Part shown: one piece after another, positions 47,242 to 57,571 of the stretch
Layout: every line of letters begins with the position of its first letter
How positions within the stretch are numbered: the stretch's first letter is position 1
Virus record (IMG/VR): IMGVR_UViG_3300002054_000009
Length of the DNA: 64,000 nucleotides
Reading direction: 5' to 3' (one strand)
Source of the DNA: a virus
Notes under the pieces: model-generated
Seen by the model: the letters and a program-made list of their open reading frames with translations, nothing else
Database searches by the model: none
Told to the model about the DNA's origin: nothing
Position numbers and translations under genes: made by a program

Positions 47242-47411
47242 TGAAAATGCAAAAGGAATCCACGTCACTATTAGATGAGTTGTTTGCTCTAGTATCAATA
47301 GAGAATAGTGAATTTGGAACATTGACAGAGGATCAGGCAACCCGGTATATGGAATTGGTACACGAACTCAAAGAACGGAATGAGGAAATTCCATTTGGTA
47401 TTGAGTATTGA
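47241..47411 (+). CDS. small hypothetical protein
   Basis: GGAGG RBS, coupled. Confidence 0.55.
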   Translation: MKMQKESTSLLDELFALVSIENSEFGTLTEDQATRYMELVHELKERNEEIPFGIEY

Positions 47412-47519
47412 TTCACAATAAAATAATTTCCAAATCCATGCACTTTTTGTGGATTGGTTCCTACACATTATTTTCCCATACACTATAATGATCGCATGCC
47501 AACCAAGGAAACAAAACGA

Positions 47520-47789
47520 ATGTCATTTGAGCGATTTTCTGAGGCAATGGAAGGATTGCAAGTTAAGGATACAAGCATTGCAACATTCTTTCATAAGACC
47601 GACAAACATTCACTGGAAATTTCTGGGGATGGTTGCATTCTCGACTATGGGATTTATCCAATAGACGGAGTTATCTACAATAAAAAGCAGGGATGGTTCC
47701 GATTTATGCAAGATAAGCACACAATCTTGCAAATTGATGAGCATGATTATTCTGATGTTAAAGATATGCTCCACATAATTGAGATATAA
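47520..47789 (+). CDS. hypothetical cassette protein
   Basis: TATAAT 47484. Confidence 0.65.
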   Translation: MSFERFSEAMEGLQVKDTSIATFFHKTDKHSLEISGDGCILDYGIYPIDGVIYNKKQGWFRFMQDKHTILQIDEHDYSDVKDMLHIIEI

Positions 47790-47862
47790 AATGTTAACCA
47801 ATGCCACCACATTTTTTATGGGTTGGTTATAATAGTCGCATACATTCCAAGGACTAACCATC

Positions 47863-48159
47863 ATGTACGCAGTCGAAAAAACAAATACCAAGAAGATACT
47901 GGAACTCTATTCATCTTTTGATGTAACTTCCAAAGACTGGAAGTATATGAAATTTTTGGGTAAGGCACTTGAGGAAATTCGTGAGGAGTGTTGGCAGAGT
48001 CCTGATTATGAGGCTGAGGAGCATCTTATGGGAGAAGGTATGCACAATTGGCAAATGTTTTTTAAGGGTGTGTCAATTGGTTATGCTCGGTCGCGTGAAG
48101 ATGTGTATGCACTAGCGGTAGATCATTACGTGGATAACATGTTGGATACCGGAGAATAA
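47863..48159 (+). CDS. hypothetical cassette protein
   Basis: TATAAT 47828. Confidence 0.7.
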   Translation: MYAVEKTNTKKILELYSSFDVTSKDWKYMKFLGKALEEIREECWQSPDYEAEEHLMGEGMHNWQMFFKGVSIGYARSREDVYALAVDHYVDNMLDTGE

Positions 48160-48192
48160 AATGTTAATCACTGAAAATAGGCAGGAAATGTT

Positions 48193-48483
48193 ATGAAAAT
48201 TGAAACACTCAAAGAGAGACTGTCAGTAATCGCCAATCCTAATGATGTTAGGAATGACCAAACATTATTTACACCACAAGACAATACCGCGATTGTATTT
48301 TCTTGTACGGATGATTATGATGATCCTATCAAGGAGTTGGTAGAGTATTTTCTAATCATTGAATTGAATAACGGATACTATCTATTGCGCATTGTTGCTA
48401 CGACTGGTTCAACATACACATTCACCGACGAGGATTTAACTGGTGCATTGTTTGATCAGTTTGAAATTTATAAAAAGGTATAG
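48193..48483 (+). CDS. hypothetical protein
   Basis: AGGA RBS. Confidence 0.65.
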   Translation: MKIETLKERLSVIANPNDVRNDQTLFTPQDNTAIVFSCTDDYDDPIKELVEYFLIIELNNGYYLLRIVATTGSTYTFTDEDLTGALFDQFEIYKKV

Positions 48484-48629
48484 CGATATGCTAATCATTG
48501 GTCGTCAGTGTACTGAGTACAGGCAGTGGATCAAATTCACCTGTCAATCTTGGGAACGAGAAGTAAATACCCAGAACCAAAAAAGGAGAGCAGATGCTCT
48601 CCTTTTCATGCCTACATTTTACTGATGGA

Positions 48630-48893
48630 TTAGCGAGTAGTAGCTAAGTTAATCACCTGAGAGACACCATCAAGGCGTTCAACGGTATTCTTTGCCTGAG
48701 CAACGGTGAGACCATCACCATAACCAGAGAGTGTTACCACATCACCAGAGACTACAACTCGAAGGTTGTTGCCTCCACCATGTGTAACGTCCATAACGGC
48801 CATCCTAACATCACTGACATCAACGGCTGCATACGCACTTGTTGCTGCGAATAGGGATAGGGCAAGACCGGTAACGATAAGTAGATTTTTCAT
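48630..48893 (-). CDS. exported BON-domain protein
   Basis: Signal peptide ending SAYA; LRVVVSGDVVTLSG...VERLDGVSQVIN; TAAATA at 48919-48924 on minus strand. Confidence 0.8.
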   Translation of the reverse strand: MKNLLIVTGLALSLFAATSAYAAVDVSDVRMAVMDVTHGGGNNLRVVVSGDVVTLSGYGDGLTVAQAKNTVERLDGVSQVINLATTR

Positions 48894-49100
48894 TGTATTT
48901 CCTCTTGTTTGTGATAATTATTTATCAGTAAGTGAAGCGATAATAGCGCATAAAACGGTTAAATGGATATACCATTTTGTATGCTTTGGGCAATGTTTTG
49001 GTGGAGGAGTTTTGTGATGAAATACTGTTGAGAGAAATGTCACAATATGAACACGTCACATAATCAGATAGTTTCTGATTATGTGACGGTCAACTCAATC

Positions 49101-49373
49101 TTAGAATACGAACTCAACATTTTTCGGATCTACAATATAACCCACATTCGTTTCAAAAGTAGTTGGGCCATTGGGTACTTGTGATTCCACCTTAAAGACC
49201 AACTCAACATTATCATAAGGTGATAACAGAGGTCCGACAGTCTGCTCAAGGTATGAACTAAGGACGAAGAACACATGATTGTTGGCGGTCTGTAGAATGG
49301 TCATATCCTGATCTCGGCCTTCACTATCCATAGCAGTATACTCACCAATCTCTTTAACTTCCATGAAATTCAT
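49101..49373 (-). CDS. hypothetical cassette protein
   Basis: TATAAT near 49410. Confidence 0.65.
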   Translation of the reverse strand: MNFMEVKEIGEYTAMDSEGRDQDMTILQTANNHVFFVLSSYLEQTVGPLLSPYDNVELVFKVESQVPNGPTTFETNVGYIVDPKNVEFVF

Positions 49374-49557
49374 AGTAGTAATATCCTATTGTTTGTGTGG
49401 CTGTAATTATACAGCAGGAGATTATGTTATATGTGGTATCCGATCACAATATATGTTTTAGATGGCAACATATTTTTTGTGCTCGGATACCAATGCGACA
49501 TTTCTCACAATAAAATCAAATCACAAAAAAAGGGGAGCCTTTCGACTCCCCGATTTC

Positions 49558-49725
49558 TTATTTCAACAAAACTACCGAAAGACCATTGCGTGTTGCATTT
49601 GCAGTGATTTTACGCAGTTCTTCACCTTCCACATAGGCTGGGATATACTGTACATTACCCTTGCGGTAACAGGCGAGCATCGGAACTGAGAGCTTCGGAG
49701 TATTTGCGTTGGGATCAATAAACAT
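49558..49725 (-). CDS. small cassette protein (55 aa, not in track)
   Basis: AGGAGA RBS; MFIDPNANTPKLSVPMLACYRKG...; terminator 49526-49552. Confidence 0.65.
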   Translation of the reverse strand: MFIDPNANTPKLSVPMLACYRKGNVQYIPAYVEGEELRKITANATRNGLSVVLLK

Positions 49726-49774
49726 TTAATTTCTCCTAAAAGTGAAAAACAATTATAACAGGTTATGTGATAAT

Positions 49775-49960
49775 TTATTTAACCAATTTCAAATTCCTGA
49801 CATTCCCGACATTTTCACGAAAAATCTCACGCCTAACATCAGTGCATTCGTGTAGTTCGTTATCCCCATCCAAAACATCATCTAATGAATCAGGTATAGA
49901 ACCGTCATGTGATACAACAGTGACAGTGTACTTTATAACAACCTGAGCTGATTTAGACAT
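49775..49960 (-). CDS. hypothetical cassette protein
   Basis: Start MSKSAQ after GAGG. Confidence 0.6.
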   Translation of the reverse strand: MSKSAQVVIKYTVTVVSHDGSIPDSLDDVLDGDNELHECTDVRREIFRENVGNVRNLKLVK

Positions 49961-50030
49961 AACGTGAAACCTCATACCGTTGAAAGAAAATATATAATAC
50001 CGTATCAACAAAAAAATTGTTGGGAATACA

Positions 50031-50435
50031 TCACAAAATATCATAAACGCTTAAAACAGGCAGATGATCCTTCATGTAAAGGTCTACGTCGCGGAGAATA
50101 TCATAGATCGCCCTCTGCTCACGTTCATGCCCGAGTCTGATAGCCTCCTCACGATTTCTAACAAATTGTGCCAACTCAAGGCACAATTTCCCTTCGTCTA
50201 CCCATCCACCAATGTAGACATCACCACCAACCTGACTTGAGAGATCGGTCAACATTTCGGCAATTTTTTTAACATCATTCATCTCTACGATGCTTGTCTC
50301 AACATTTTTATTGAGTGCTACCATGTAGCCATTAGTGAATGACTTGCTGCGAAAATCCTCATCAAGGGTAAACCCATTATCACGGGTAGCAAGACCGATT
50401 ACATAGATCGACGTTAATGTAGATGCTTGGGTCAT
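50031..50435 (-). CDS. hypothetical cassette protein
   Basis: 134 aa; 3' end runs into next promoter. Confidence 0.65.
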   Translation of the reverse strand: MTQASTLTSIYVIGLATRDNGFTLDEDFRSKSFTNGYMVALNKNVETSIVEMNDVKKIAEMLTDLSSQVGGDVYIGGWVDEGKLCLELAQFVRNREEAIRLGHEREQRAIYDILRDVDLYMKDHLPVLSVYDIL

Positions 50436-50621
50436 GGTAGTGTGTCATCCAATATGTGTAGATGTATTATATTTGCTCCCTACAAAAAAGAGTTGGAACC
50501 ACTCCACAAAATATAAGATGAATTTTTATTTTATATTTTGTGATGAATTCACTATTAGACATTTCGCACAGAAGAATTGGATCACAAAAAAGGGGAGCCG
50601 AAGCTCCCCATGCTTTAGACT

Positions 50622-50894
50622 TCAGAATAAATTGTAGGTAGGAACATCTTCAGAAATTATACGATGTGGAGTTATCAACTTACTCTCCACCAGATCAAAC
50701 TTAGATTCTCCATCAATAACATCATCATCAAAATAACCATTTTCAATGGTGAGAGGAGCGTCCCAACGATTGATTAACTTATTTCGTTCAATCTCAGCCT
50801 CATCCCTATCAAAATAAGAGTTATGAGAGATGACTCTCCGGTAATCAGGTCGGTTAGTGTCTATAACATATTCAATGATTGTGTAGACTTGCAT
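50622..50894 (-). CDS. hypothetical cassette protein
   Basis: Promoter 50923-50953 identical to 53267-53297. Confidence 0.65.
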   Translation of the reverse strand: MQVYTIIEYVIDTNRPDYRRVISHNSYFDRDEAEIERNKLINRWDAPLTIENGYFDDDVIDGESKFDLVESKLITPHRIISEDVPTYNLF

Positions 50895-50959
50895 GGTATG
50901 TGTATCCGTTGAAAGTAAAACAATTATAAGGCATCCTTGCCTTTTTTATTGTGAATTAC

Positions 50960-51343
50960 CTACCAATAATACTCATCATCATCCTCATCATCATCCTCAT
51001 CATCATCCTCATCATCAGGTTCTCCCCAACCCTGATTAGGATCATCCTCCGAGCAGGTAGTAGGCAACATACCCCTATAATACTCCTCAAGGATTGCGGC
51101 TATCCCGTCCTTTGGATTGTCATTGCACATGAGGTCTACAATCTCATCCCAATCAGCATAAGTCCACTTAAGGCTATCAGAGCGGTCCTCATTGAATACA
51201 CAGCCATAGCTATCGTACTCACCACGCATTTCTTCTACGATTTCTCCATCGACCAGAAGATAAAGACGAACCTTGTCGCCAGAAAAGGAATCCGAGAGAA
51301 CGGCCTTGTCTGATTCTTTACAGATAAATGAGAAATTTCCCAA
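50960..51343 (-). CDS. acidic-tailed cassette protein (TTG start), annotated in track as part of a 241-aa chimera
   Basis: Internal TATAAT + AGGAGA RBS at 51383-51350; ends DDEDDDEDDDEDDDEYYW. Confidence 0.6.
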   Translation of the reverse strand: MGNFSFICKESDKAVLSDSFSGDKVRLYLLVDGEIVEEMRGEYDSYGCVFNEDRSDSLKWTYADWDEIVDLMCNDNPKDGIAAILEEYYRGMLPTTCSEDDPNQGWGEPDDEDDDEDDDEDDDEYYW

Positions 51344-51384
51344 TTGATATTCTCCTATATTCGTTGAAAGTGGGATCATTATAG

Positions 51385-51685
51385 TGACAGCGATTTTCAT
51401 GATTTCTTTATCGACATCTGAACCTCCCATAAAATTTTTAGATGCTGCCTGTCGCTTATACACATACTCTTGCATAACATAGTCGTTTGGATAAACATTT
51501 TGTACCTGTTGCATGTATTGGTATGAGTCCATTTGATTTCTATACACATAATTTTGCATAACATAATCGTTGGGGTATTCTAAACGTGCATGTGCTTTGA
51601 TTTCTTCTTCAATGTCCTGCGAATGAACCAATCCAGTAAACCCAGAAATAAACAGGGTGATCGTCAGTAGTATTGTTTTTTTCAT
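51385..51685 (-). pseudogene. exported protein with YPNDYVMQ repeats, 3'-truncated and fused in frame to the next cassette
   Basis: Signal peptide; two YPNDYVMQ.YVY repeats. Confidence 0.6.
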
Positions 51686-51789
51686 GTGAATTTATCCCAG
51701 AAGTGTGTTGTTAAATTGCGTAAATATCATGTTGGTACATCTCTTTGTGTGAGATCATTATAGCGTGATGAATTAAAAAGAGGGTGAAG

Positions 51790-52122
51790 TCATTTCACAA
51801 AACAGGAGTGTTGCTTGATATTGTTTTTGTGTGACTGAACACCACTGTGATATTTCTCACAATAAAAATAGATCACAAGGTTGCCATAATCATCAATATC
51901 CATCTCAGGAGCAATACAAGGCCCGCCAAACAAACCAATGAAAGGATCACCGTCACGACCTTCAAAGGGAGTGTAAGAACCATTACAACTCTCTGATTCA
52001 AAAAGTTCACACATGATTGACTCATCATCCTGATAACCACCATCAATCATATCCTGAACTTCGGAAGGATCAATGGCAGAAACTTCGAGATCACCGTTGT
52101 CAAGAATCGTAAGGTTGAGCAT
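51790..52122 (-). pseudogene. cassette gene whose 3' end is replaced by intergenic operator sequence
   Basis: After DDYGNL the frame reads through the CRP-like box 51846-51861. Confidence 0.6.
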
Positions 52123-52199
52123 TTTCTAGTCCTCGTTGGTTGGTATGCGACTATTATAAAGACACTCAAAAAATAATACAGGAATTGGTTAACAAATTT

Positions 52200-52523
52200 T
52201 TATAAATGATCTCGGAGAATATCTTGCGATATATCATCAGGCATATTATCTACCATTTCACGAAGCAAACTACTTATTTGGGCCTTTGTCATATTACGAA
52301 TAGCATCATCAATATCTATATGTGATGCTGCATTAAGTGCCCGTTGGAGTTCGTCGGCACGAAGTTCTGATTCATCAACTAGGACTTGAGTACGTAGAAC
52401 CATCACAGAATTAGTATCACTAATGTTTTGATCGATAACTTCAAATACATCATCCCGGTCGAGATCACTGGGAATATCAATGATACTTACTCCACTTGGA
52501 AGTGGTTGTCGTGATCGGGGCAT
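52200..52523 (-). CDS. hypothetical protein
   Basis: AGGAGAA RBS. Confidence 0.65.
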   Translation of the reverse strand: MPRSRQPLPSGVSIIDIPSDLDRDDVFEVIDQNISDTNSVMVLRTQVLVDESELRADELQRALNAASHIDIDDAIRNMTKAQISSLLREMVDNMPDDISQDILRDHL

Positions 52524-52560
52524 AACTATTCTCCTTTTGGATTTGGGTCTATTCTATATT

Positions 52561-52818
52561 TTATTTGGAGGTTTTGTTGATGACTGGTTTGCAATTAGAT
52601 AAAAGATCAGGATTGCCAGCATAAAATCCGGCTGCAAATGCTTCAGTTAGTGCATTGTGTACTTCACTTTTACTCACTTCATGGAAATCAAACGGGTCAC
52701 GTTCTTGGTTGGGAATCGTTGCATCAAACCCGAGATGACGTTGACTGATCTCCTGTATTTTTGCGTCAATATCCATTTCAATTCTCTGTTTCTTGATCGT
52801 AAAACTATTATAAGACAT
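52561..52818 (-). CDS. hypothetical protein (DFHEVS...V..AL..AF.AG)
   Basis: Motif seen in small phage/prophage proteins. Confidence 0.65.
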   Translation of the reverse strand: MSYNSFTIKKQRIEMDIDAKIQEISQRHLGFDATIPNQERDPFDFHEVSKSEVHNALTEAFAAGFYAGNPDLLSNCKPVINKTSK

Positions 52819-52820
52819 CC

Positions 52821-53231
52821 TTATCTTTTTGGTTGTGAATAGGTTAGTGAATACTCATGTGCAAGTTTTGCCATGTTCTCTTCAAAATACGACATAAAGA
52901 GTGGTGAAACATCACGACCAGACTTAGACTCATGCTCAGCAGTATCATGTGCACCTTGCAAGTCGTACAAAAAGTTAATGAGTTCCTCCGTATAATCTAC
53001 ATTAACAATATCTTTAAGATCATAAATTAGACCATACACATCATCGAACACTTCCTCTGCATGTGGTAATACCTCCGTAGTTAGGCAATGGCCTAAATTA
53101 CATCTACAATTCAAATCTTTAATGTAATAACTACAAGATAAACCATCCTCAGACACACTAGCCCTCCCTTGTGCTCGGACACCTTTGAGTGCAAGATTAA
53201 AAAGTTCTTGTTTATCTGTAGAAAGTAACAT
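52821..53231 (-). CDS. hypothetical cassette protein
   Basis: C.Y...RC..GH; LQ.AHD. Confidence 0.65.
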   Translation of the reverse strand: MLLSTDKQELFNLALKGVRAQGRASVSEDGLSCSYYIKDLNCRCNLGHCLTTEVLPHAEEVFDDVYGLIYDLKDIVNVDYTEELINFLYDLQGAHDTAEHESKSGRDVSPLFMSYFEENMAKLAHEYSLTYSQPKR

Positions 53232-53304
53232 TTAGATTTTAAGTCCTATTGATTGAATGTAGCTTTATTATAAGGCATCCTTGCCTTTTTTATTGTGGGT
53301 TGCT

Positions 53305-53718
53305 TCAATTTTGACGAAATGCCAGATAACTTCCGATTTGTTTTTCTGATCCATCATATCGAGAAAGGAAATGTCCAGCACCATCCGTTGATATTGCAAA
53401 CTGAGCAAATTCCTTCATATCACAAATACTGAGAATCAACTTGCTACATGCTTCAAATGCTTCTTCTGCTTGCATAGCTGCGATAGCACCCTGATCTATA
53501 CCAGTTTGACTGGAAATGAACCAGTCAGCAAAGCATCCAAGTGAGTATTCGTCATTTGATAGATAATCGGCAAGATACTTCACAATTTGATCTTCGTGAA
53601 CAAATAGATAATCGTTCACCTCAAAGCTGTCGTCCTCATCTCGCATTTTAGTCATCACTTCAACGGCATCAGCGCGGTCAAAGCAAAGGTTATTGCGGAG
53701 TTGTGTATAGACTTTCAT
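53305..53718 (-). CDS. hypothetical protein
   Basis: DG.GHFLSRYDG.E. Confidence 0.7.
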   Translation of the reverse strand: MKVYTQLRNNLCFDRADAVEVMTKMRDEDDSFEVNDYLFVHEDQIVKYLADYLSNDEYSLGCFADWFISSQTGIDQGAIAAMQAEEAFEACSKLILSICDMKEFAQFAISTDGAGHFLSRYDGSEKQIGSYLAFRQN

Positions 53719-53745
53719 AAAATATCTCTATGCGTTGAGCGTTAA

Positions 53746-54120
53746 TTATACTACGTTGATAACTTCCATTCGGAAAATTTTTTGCTTATACTTCACAATA
53801 TTATGAACAATTCCACGCGGATCAGAAGCATTGCCCTGTTTTGAACTTCTAGCAAAATACCACTCCGATTCTCTACCATTACGAACAATATCAGCAGCTC
53901 GTATGGCAGATTCTCTTCTGTGCCACTGTCCCGGTACTTTCATATTGATTTGATAGGTAACACTACGCAAGATTTCTTTTTTGTATTCCTCACGAGTATA
54001 CGGCTCAAGGCGATTGTCAGTGTACAGGACGCCTTCACGATCAAGAGTTCGCATGTGTTGTGCAACTCTCTTAGCTCTTAGTACCCGCGTTGCCAATTCT
54101 TCTTTTTTGGTTTGAGTCAT
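53746..54120 (-). CDS. hypothetical cassette protein (start MTQTKK)
   Basis: TATAAT near 54153. Confidence 0.65.
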   Translation of the reverse strand: MTQTKKEELATRVLRAKRVAQHMRTLDREGVLYTDNRLEPYTREEYKKEILRSVTYQINMKVPGQWHRRESAIRAADIVRNGRESEWYFARSSKQGNASDPRGIVHNIVKYKQKIFRMEVINVV

Positions 54121-54327
54121 GACTATCTCGAATTGATTTGATGGGTTAATTATACGGGCTTCATTAAATAAATGGTGGTAGCAGCTCACAATATAGGATT
54201 GCTATTTAAGAATTATTTTCTGTGATCAAATACTACTGTGACATTTCTCACAATAAAACCAGATCACAAAAAAGCATGTAATATAGACTCTACCCCCAAG
54301 AATCTACATTACATGCCTTGATATGTT

Positions 54328-54516
54328 TTATTTTACTTCTTCTACATCTATCTTACTTTCACCAACATCACCATTTGAAAAATCAATCTCTCCCTGATCC
54401 ATTGCGTACTGAAAGGCACTGTCATTATCAAGATCTGTCGGAATTTCTACTGTCCATTCATGGTGGACAGTTTCTGTCATGCTGATTTTAACAACTTTGG
54501 TTTCATCAAAATTCAT
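54328..54516 (-). CDS. small acidic cassette protein
   Basis: AAGGA RBS. Confidence 0.6.
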   Translation of the reverse strand: MNFDETKVVKISMTETVHHEWTVEIPTDLDNDSAFQYAMDQGEIDFSNGDVGESKIDVEEVK

Positions 54517-54693
54517 ATTTGTTTCCTTGGGTGGTGTAGGTGAAAATATATAATACCAATACCTTCAAAAAATATCTCAACCTATATCACAAAATAGTAT
54601 GTTAGAAATCGTAAAATAATATGCTTTATACATATTTCAAAATTATTCAATGTGCTAAATACTAACACATATTAAACCTAATTAAAGAGAACA

Positions 54694-55296
54694 ATGTCAA
54701 AACTAATAAAAACCTTCCGAGTCTTACACATGTTGATCGTCGTTCCTGCTGCGATAATAGTTTTCGTAGCATTTGGTGTTTTTATTTACGAAAAAAATTA
54801 CGATTTCATCAATACGAATGTGAAATACTACACGGTTGTATCAACTAAGGATCATTATGAAAAGGGTGAGCCAATCGAATTTATTTCTTTCAATGAGTCT
54901 TATACCGTCAACGATATGAAATGGCATGAAATCGTCTTCTGTGATACTAATGATAATGGCCTGTATAATTATTTTGATGAAACGGATTATGTTGATCCAT
55001 TAGATTATATCACAGTTAAGACTTTTAGTGATCCATTATTAAATCTATTTGAGAGACAAAACTATAATTCAAAGCCTAGTGTGTCAAACTTGACCAATGC
55101 CGCCGATACATCTGAGATTCTTCGCAACTACGCTAGAGAAAATTCGATGGAAACATGGCGTTTGACTATTGAGAAGCCACCTGCATTCAGTTCATGTTAT
55201 GTGAAGCATATCATTACTTACTACACGGAAAGGTTCAAACTTCCCCGTGAGCAAGTGATCTACAGTAACATTTGGACTTATGGTGGACATGATTGA
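54694..55296 (+). CDS. membrane-anchored protein with late promoter
   Basis: N-terminal TM; TAAATA 54656; terminator 55321-55350. Confidence 0.7.
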   Translation: MSKLIKTFRVLHMLIVVPAAIIVFVAFGVFIYEKNYDFINTNVKYYTVVSTKDHYEKGEPIEFISFNESYTVNDMKWHEIVFCDTNDNGLYNYFDETDYVDPLDYITVKTFSDPLLNLFERQNYNSKPSVSNLTNAADTSEILRNYARENSMETWRLTIEKPPAFSSCYVKHIITYYTERFKLPREQVIYSNIWTYGGHD

Positions 55297-55378
55297 CATC
55301 ATCTCACCTATCAACTGAAAAGAAAACCCCGGAAAATATCCGGGGTTTTCTGTTTTTGGATCAATCGAAAACTTCTAC

Positions 55379-55837
55379 TTAATCAACTTCTGTCTGGTGA
55401 AGTGAAGCATACGTTCGGATCGGAGACTTAACCTTATGATGAATTTCTTTAAGTGTAAATGCCTGACCAAGTTCGGTGAGTCGATTGACGAGAACCGCAG
55501 CATCTGAATCTTCTTCAAGATAAACAGTGCCACCTTTTCGATATGAAAAATTTGAGATTTGGTCCAGATCAATACCCAATTCTTCGAGATAGTTAACCTT
55601 AACCGCCAACCAAGAATGGCCCGGATCACTATAGACTTTGAACTCCTTGCTAACAGGAGCCAATTCAGACTTCTTAAGGCGTGAGGTCAATTGCTCAGTC
55701 AGAAATGCAATAGTATCTGCTGCTGCTGCCAGTTCACGAGAGGTTGAAATTTTCTTCTCACGTTCTGATAGAGTGCGAAGGTTTGTAACCTGAACATTGG
55801 CCGAGAGGATTCGTGTTGGATTGAATTTGTTGTTCAT
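55379..55837 (-). CDS. hypothetical cassette protein
   Basis: DPGHSWLAV...IS.FSY..G..VYLEED.DA. Confidence 0.7.
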   Translation of the reverse strand: MNNKFNPTRILSANVQVTNLRTLSEREKKISTSRELAAAADTIAFLTEQLTSRLKKSELAPVSKEFKVYSDPGHSWLAVKVNYLEELGIDLDQISNFSYRKGGTVYLEEDSDAAVLVNRLTELGQAFTLKEIHHKVKSPIRTYASLHQTEVD

Positions 55838-56021
55838 TTTTATTGTTATCGTGTTGTTGAAAGAAAGGTTATAATATCAAATAGAAAAAATAAAATCTAA
55901 AACTAACTCACAAATTTAATCAGGATCATCTAACTCATAATAAATATCTCAGTTCGTTTCAGTGGAATAATTATAAGATAATTCAACAATAAAAGGTGTG
56001 ATCTATTTCAAAAAAGGAAGC

Positions 56022-56357
56022 CTACACTCCCCGATTTCTTGGTGATATTTTTCTCGACGGAGCCTTCTCATACATCGAAATTTTTTGTATGATCTGCTTC
56101 ATATCAAGCAAAATAACTTCACCACAAAGGGTGTAGACGGTGACGAGCGAATCAATACGTGGAAATTTTGTATCATTAACGTCATCATTAAGTTTAGACT
56201 CAAAATCAATAGTGATTGATTCTACAATTCTGGTCATATCACTATCATCGGTGTATAGTACAACCTGATCTAATACCGGAGAATAAGAGAGGTAAGTCTC
56301 TTCCGGTCGTTCTCGTTTCATATCTGAAAGAAAGTAATCGAAATCTTCAAAGTTCAT
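56022..56357 (-). CDS. hypothetical protein
   Basis: AGGA RBS. Confidence 0.6.
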   Translation of the reverse strand: MNFEDFDYFLSDMKRERPEETYLSYSPVLDQVVLYTDDSDMTRIVESITIDFESKLNDDVNDTKFPRIDSLVTVYTLCGEVILLDMKQIIQKISMYEKAPSRKISPRNRGV

Positions 56358-56528
56358 AATTATATTCCTGTGTATTTTATTGAATAATTATAAAAGAAGT
56401 TCGATAAAATTGTTGTTATCTACTTCTTACTTTCGTTTCTTTACTGTTGGTCGTGATTTTCTTGATGTTTTAATAGATGCCGATTTAGTCTTGGATGATT
56501 TATTGGTTTTGGCTTTCATTGTTAGTGG

Positions 56529-56801
56529 TTAAGCTGAGTGAAAATTATGGAACTGTTGTTCCGCGATGTTATCATTCCTTTGATCCATAAAATCTAACAC
56601 AAAATTATAGAGTCCTTCATTAGAAATATCAGTCAATCCCAAATCTGTGACGTGTTCCTCTCCCATCAATTCGTGGCCATTCATGTATATAGACAGAAAC
56701 CCGTTGATATCTAGACGTGCTTCCAACTGTTCGTGATAGTAAGTATCAGCGACAATCACCCTGATTGTTCCGGGAATTGAATTGTCCTCAACAAATAACA
56801 T
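56529..56801 (-). CDS. acidic hypothetical protein
   Basis: 90 aa. Confidence 0.6.
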   Translation of the reverse strand: MLFVEDNSIPGTIRVIVADTYYHEQLEARLDINGFLSIYMNGHELMGEEHVTDLGLTDISNEGLYNFVLDFMDQRNDNIAEQQFHNFHSA

Positions 56802-56836
56802 TGTGCTTCATCCGTGGATCAAGTAGACTATATTAT

Positions 56837-57043
56837 ATGCGAATGTTAAGTGAAAAAAATGAGCAACGGCTCAAAGGTTATGAAAGAGAATTAAAAACTC
56901 TTGAAGAGTATGTGTATGAGCATGAAATGGTTGGCGCTTCTCAACATGTCTTACAAAGAAGAATAGAAATTTGTGAGGCTACTATCAGAGAAATCTATAG
57001 TAAAGATGTATATTCAATCGTTCATAGATTAAAGAACATTTAA
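56837..57043 (+). CDS. helical RLK-tail protein (family B)
   Basis: Tail IVHRLKNI. Confidence 0.7.
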   Translation: MRMLSEKNEQRLKGYERELKTLEEYVYEHEMVGASQHVLQRRIEICEATIREIYSKDVYSIVHRLKNI

Positions 57044-57044
57044 T

Positions 57045-57176
57045 ATGACTAAGCAAACCCCATCGGCGTCAGCATCTGATGTGATGAATAACATCAAACG
57101 GCGGTATGGAGTACAGAAGAAAACCAAAAGACAGCGACTGATAGAAGATCTGAAGTCTCGAAAATATAGAAAGTAA
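57045..57176 (+). CDS. 43-aa RLK-variant tail protein (not in track)
   Basis: MTKQTPSASASD...RLIEDLKSRKYRK*. Confidence 0.55.
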   Translation: MTKQTPSASASDVMNNIKRRYGVQKKTKRQRLIEDLKSRKYRK

Positions 57177-57331
57177 ATTTGTCGAACTGGTCACAACAAA
57201 AAAGAAAAATGTTTGGTATAATGGTGTCATATCTGAAAGGCATAGCAAGCTAGCGCCGCCCCTGCGCGATGAAAAATTTTCGCGAATTTTGTGATGAAGT
57301 TGAAATGAGACATTTATCACAGTGTACATCT

Positions 57332-57380
57332 ATCACACAAAATTCGGAATCACATCACACAAAATTCGGAATCACATCAC
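57332..57380. repeat. 22-bp tandem duplication ATCACACAAAATTCGGAATCAC
   Basis: Read directly. Confidence 0.85.
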
Positions 57381-57571
57381 TCTGTGTCCTATATCTCATA
57401 ATAGATATTATCTAATATGTGGACAATCTCTCATCATAAGAAAAATAGTTGTTTTGTGATGGTTGCACATTGTGAGAAATAGCACAGTTCAACTACATCA
57501 CAAAAATGGAAAGATTGTTATTATGGGATGGTATCCACAGTTATACTAATTTACATAACTGACTAATGGTT

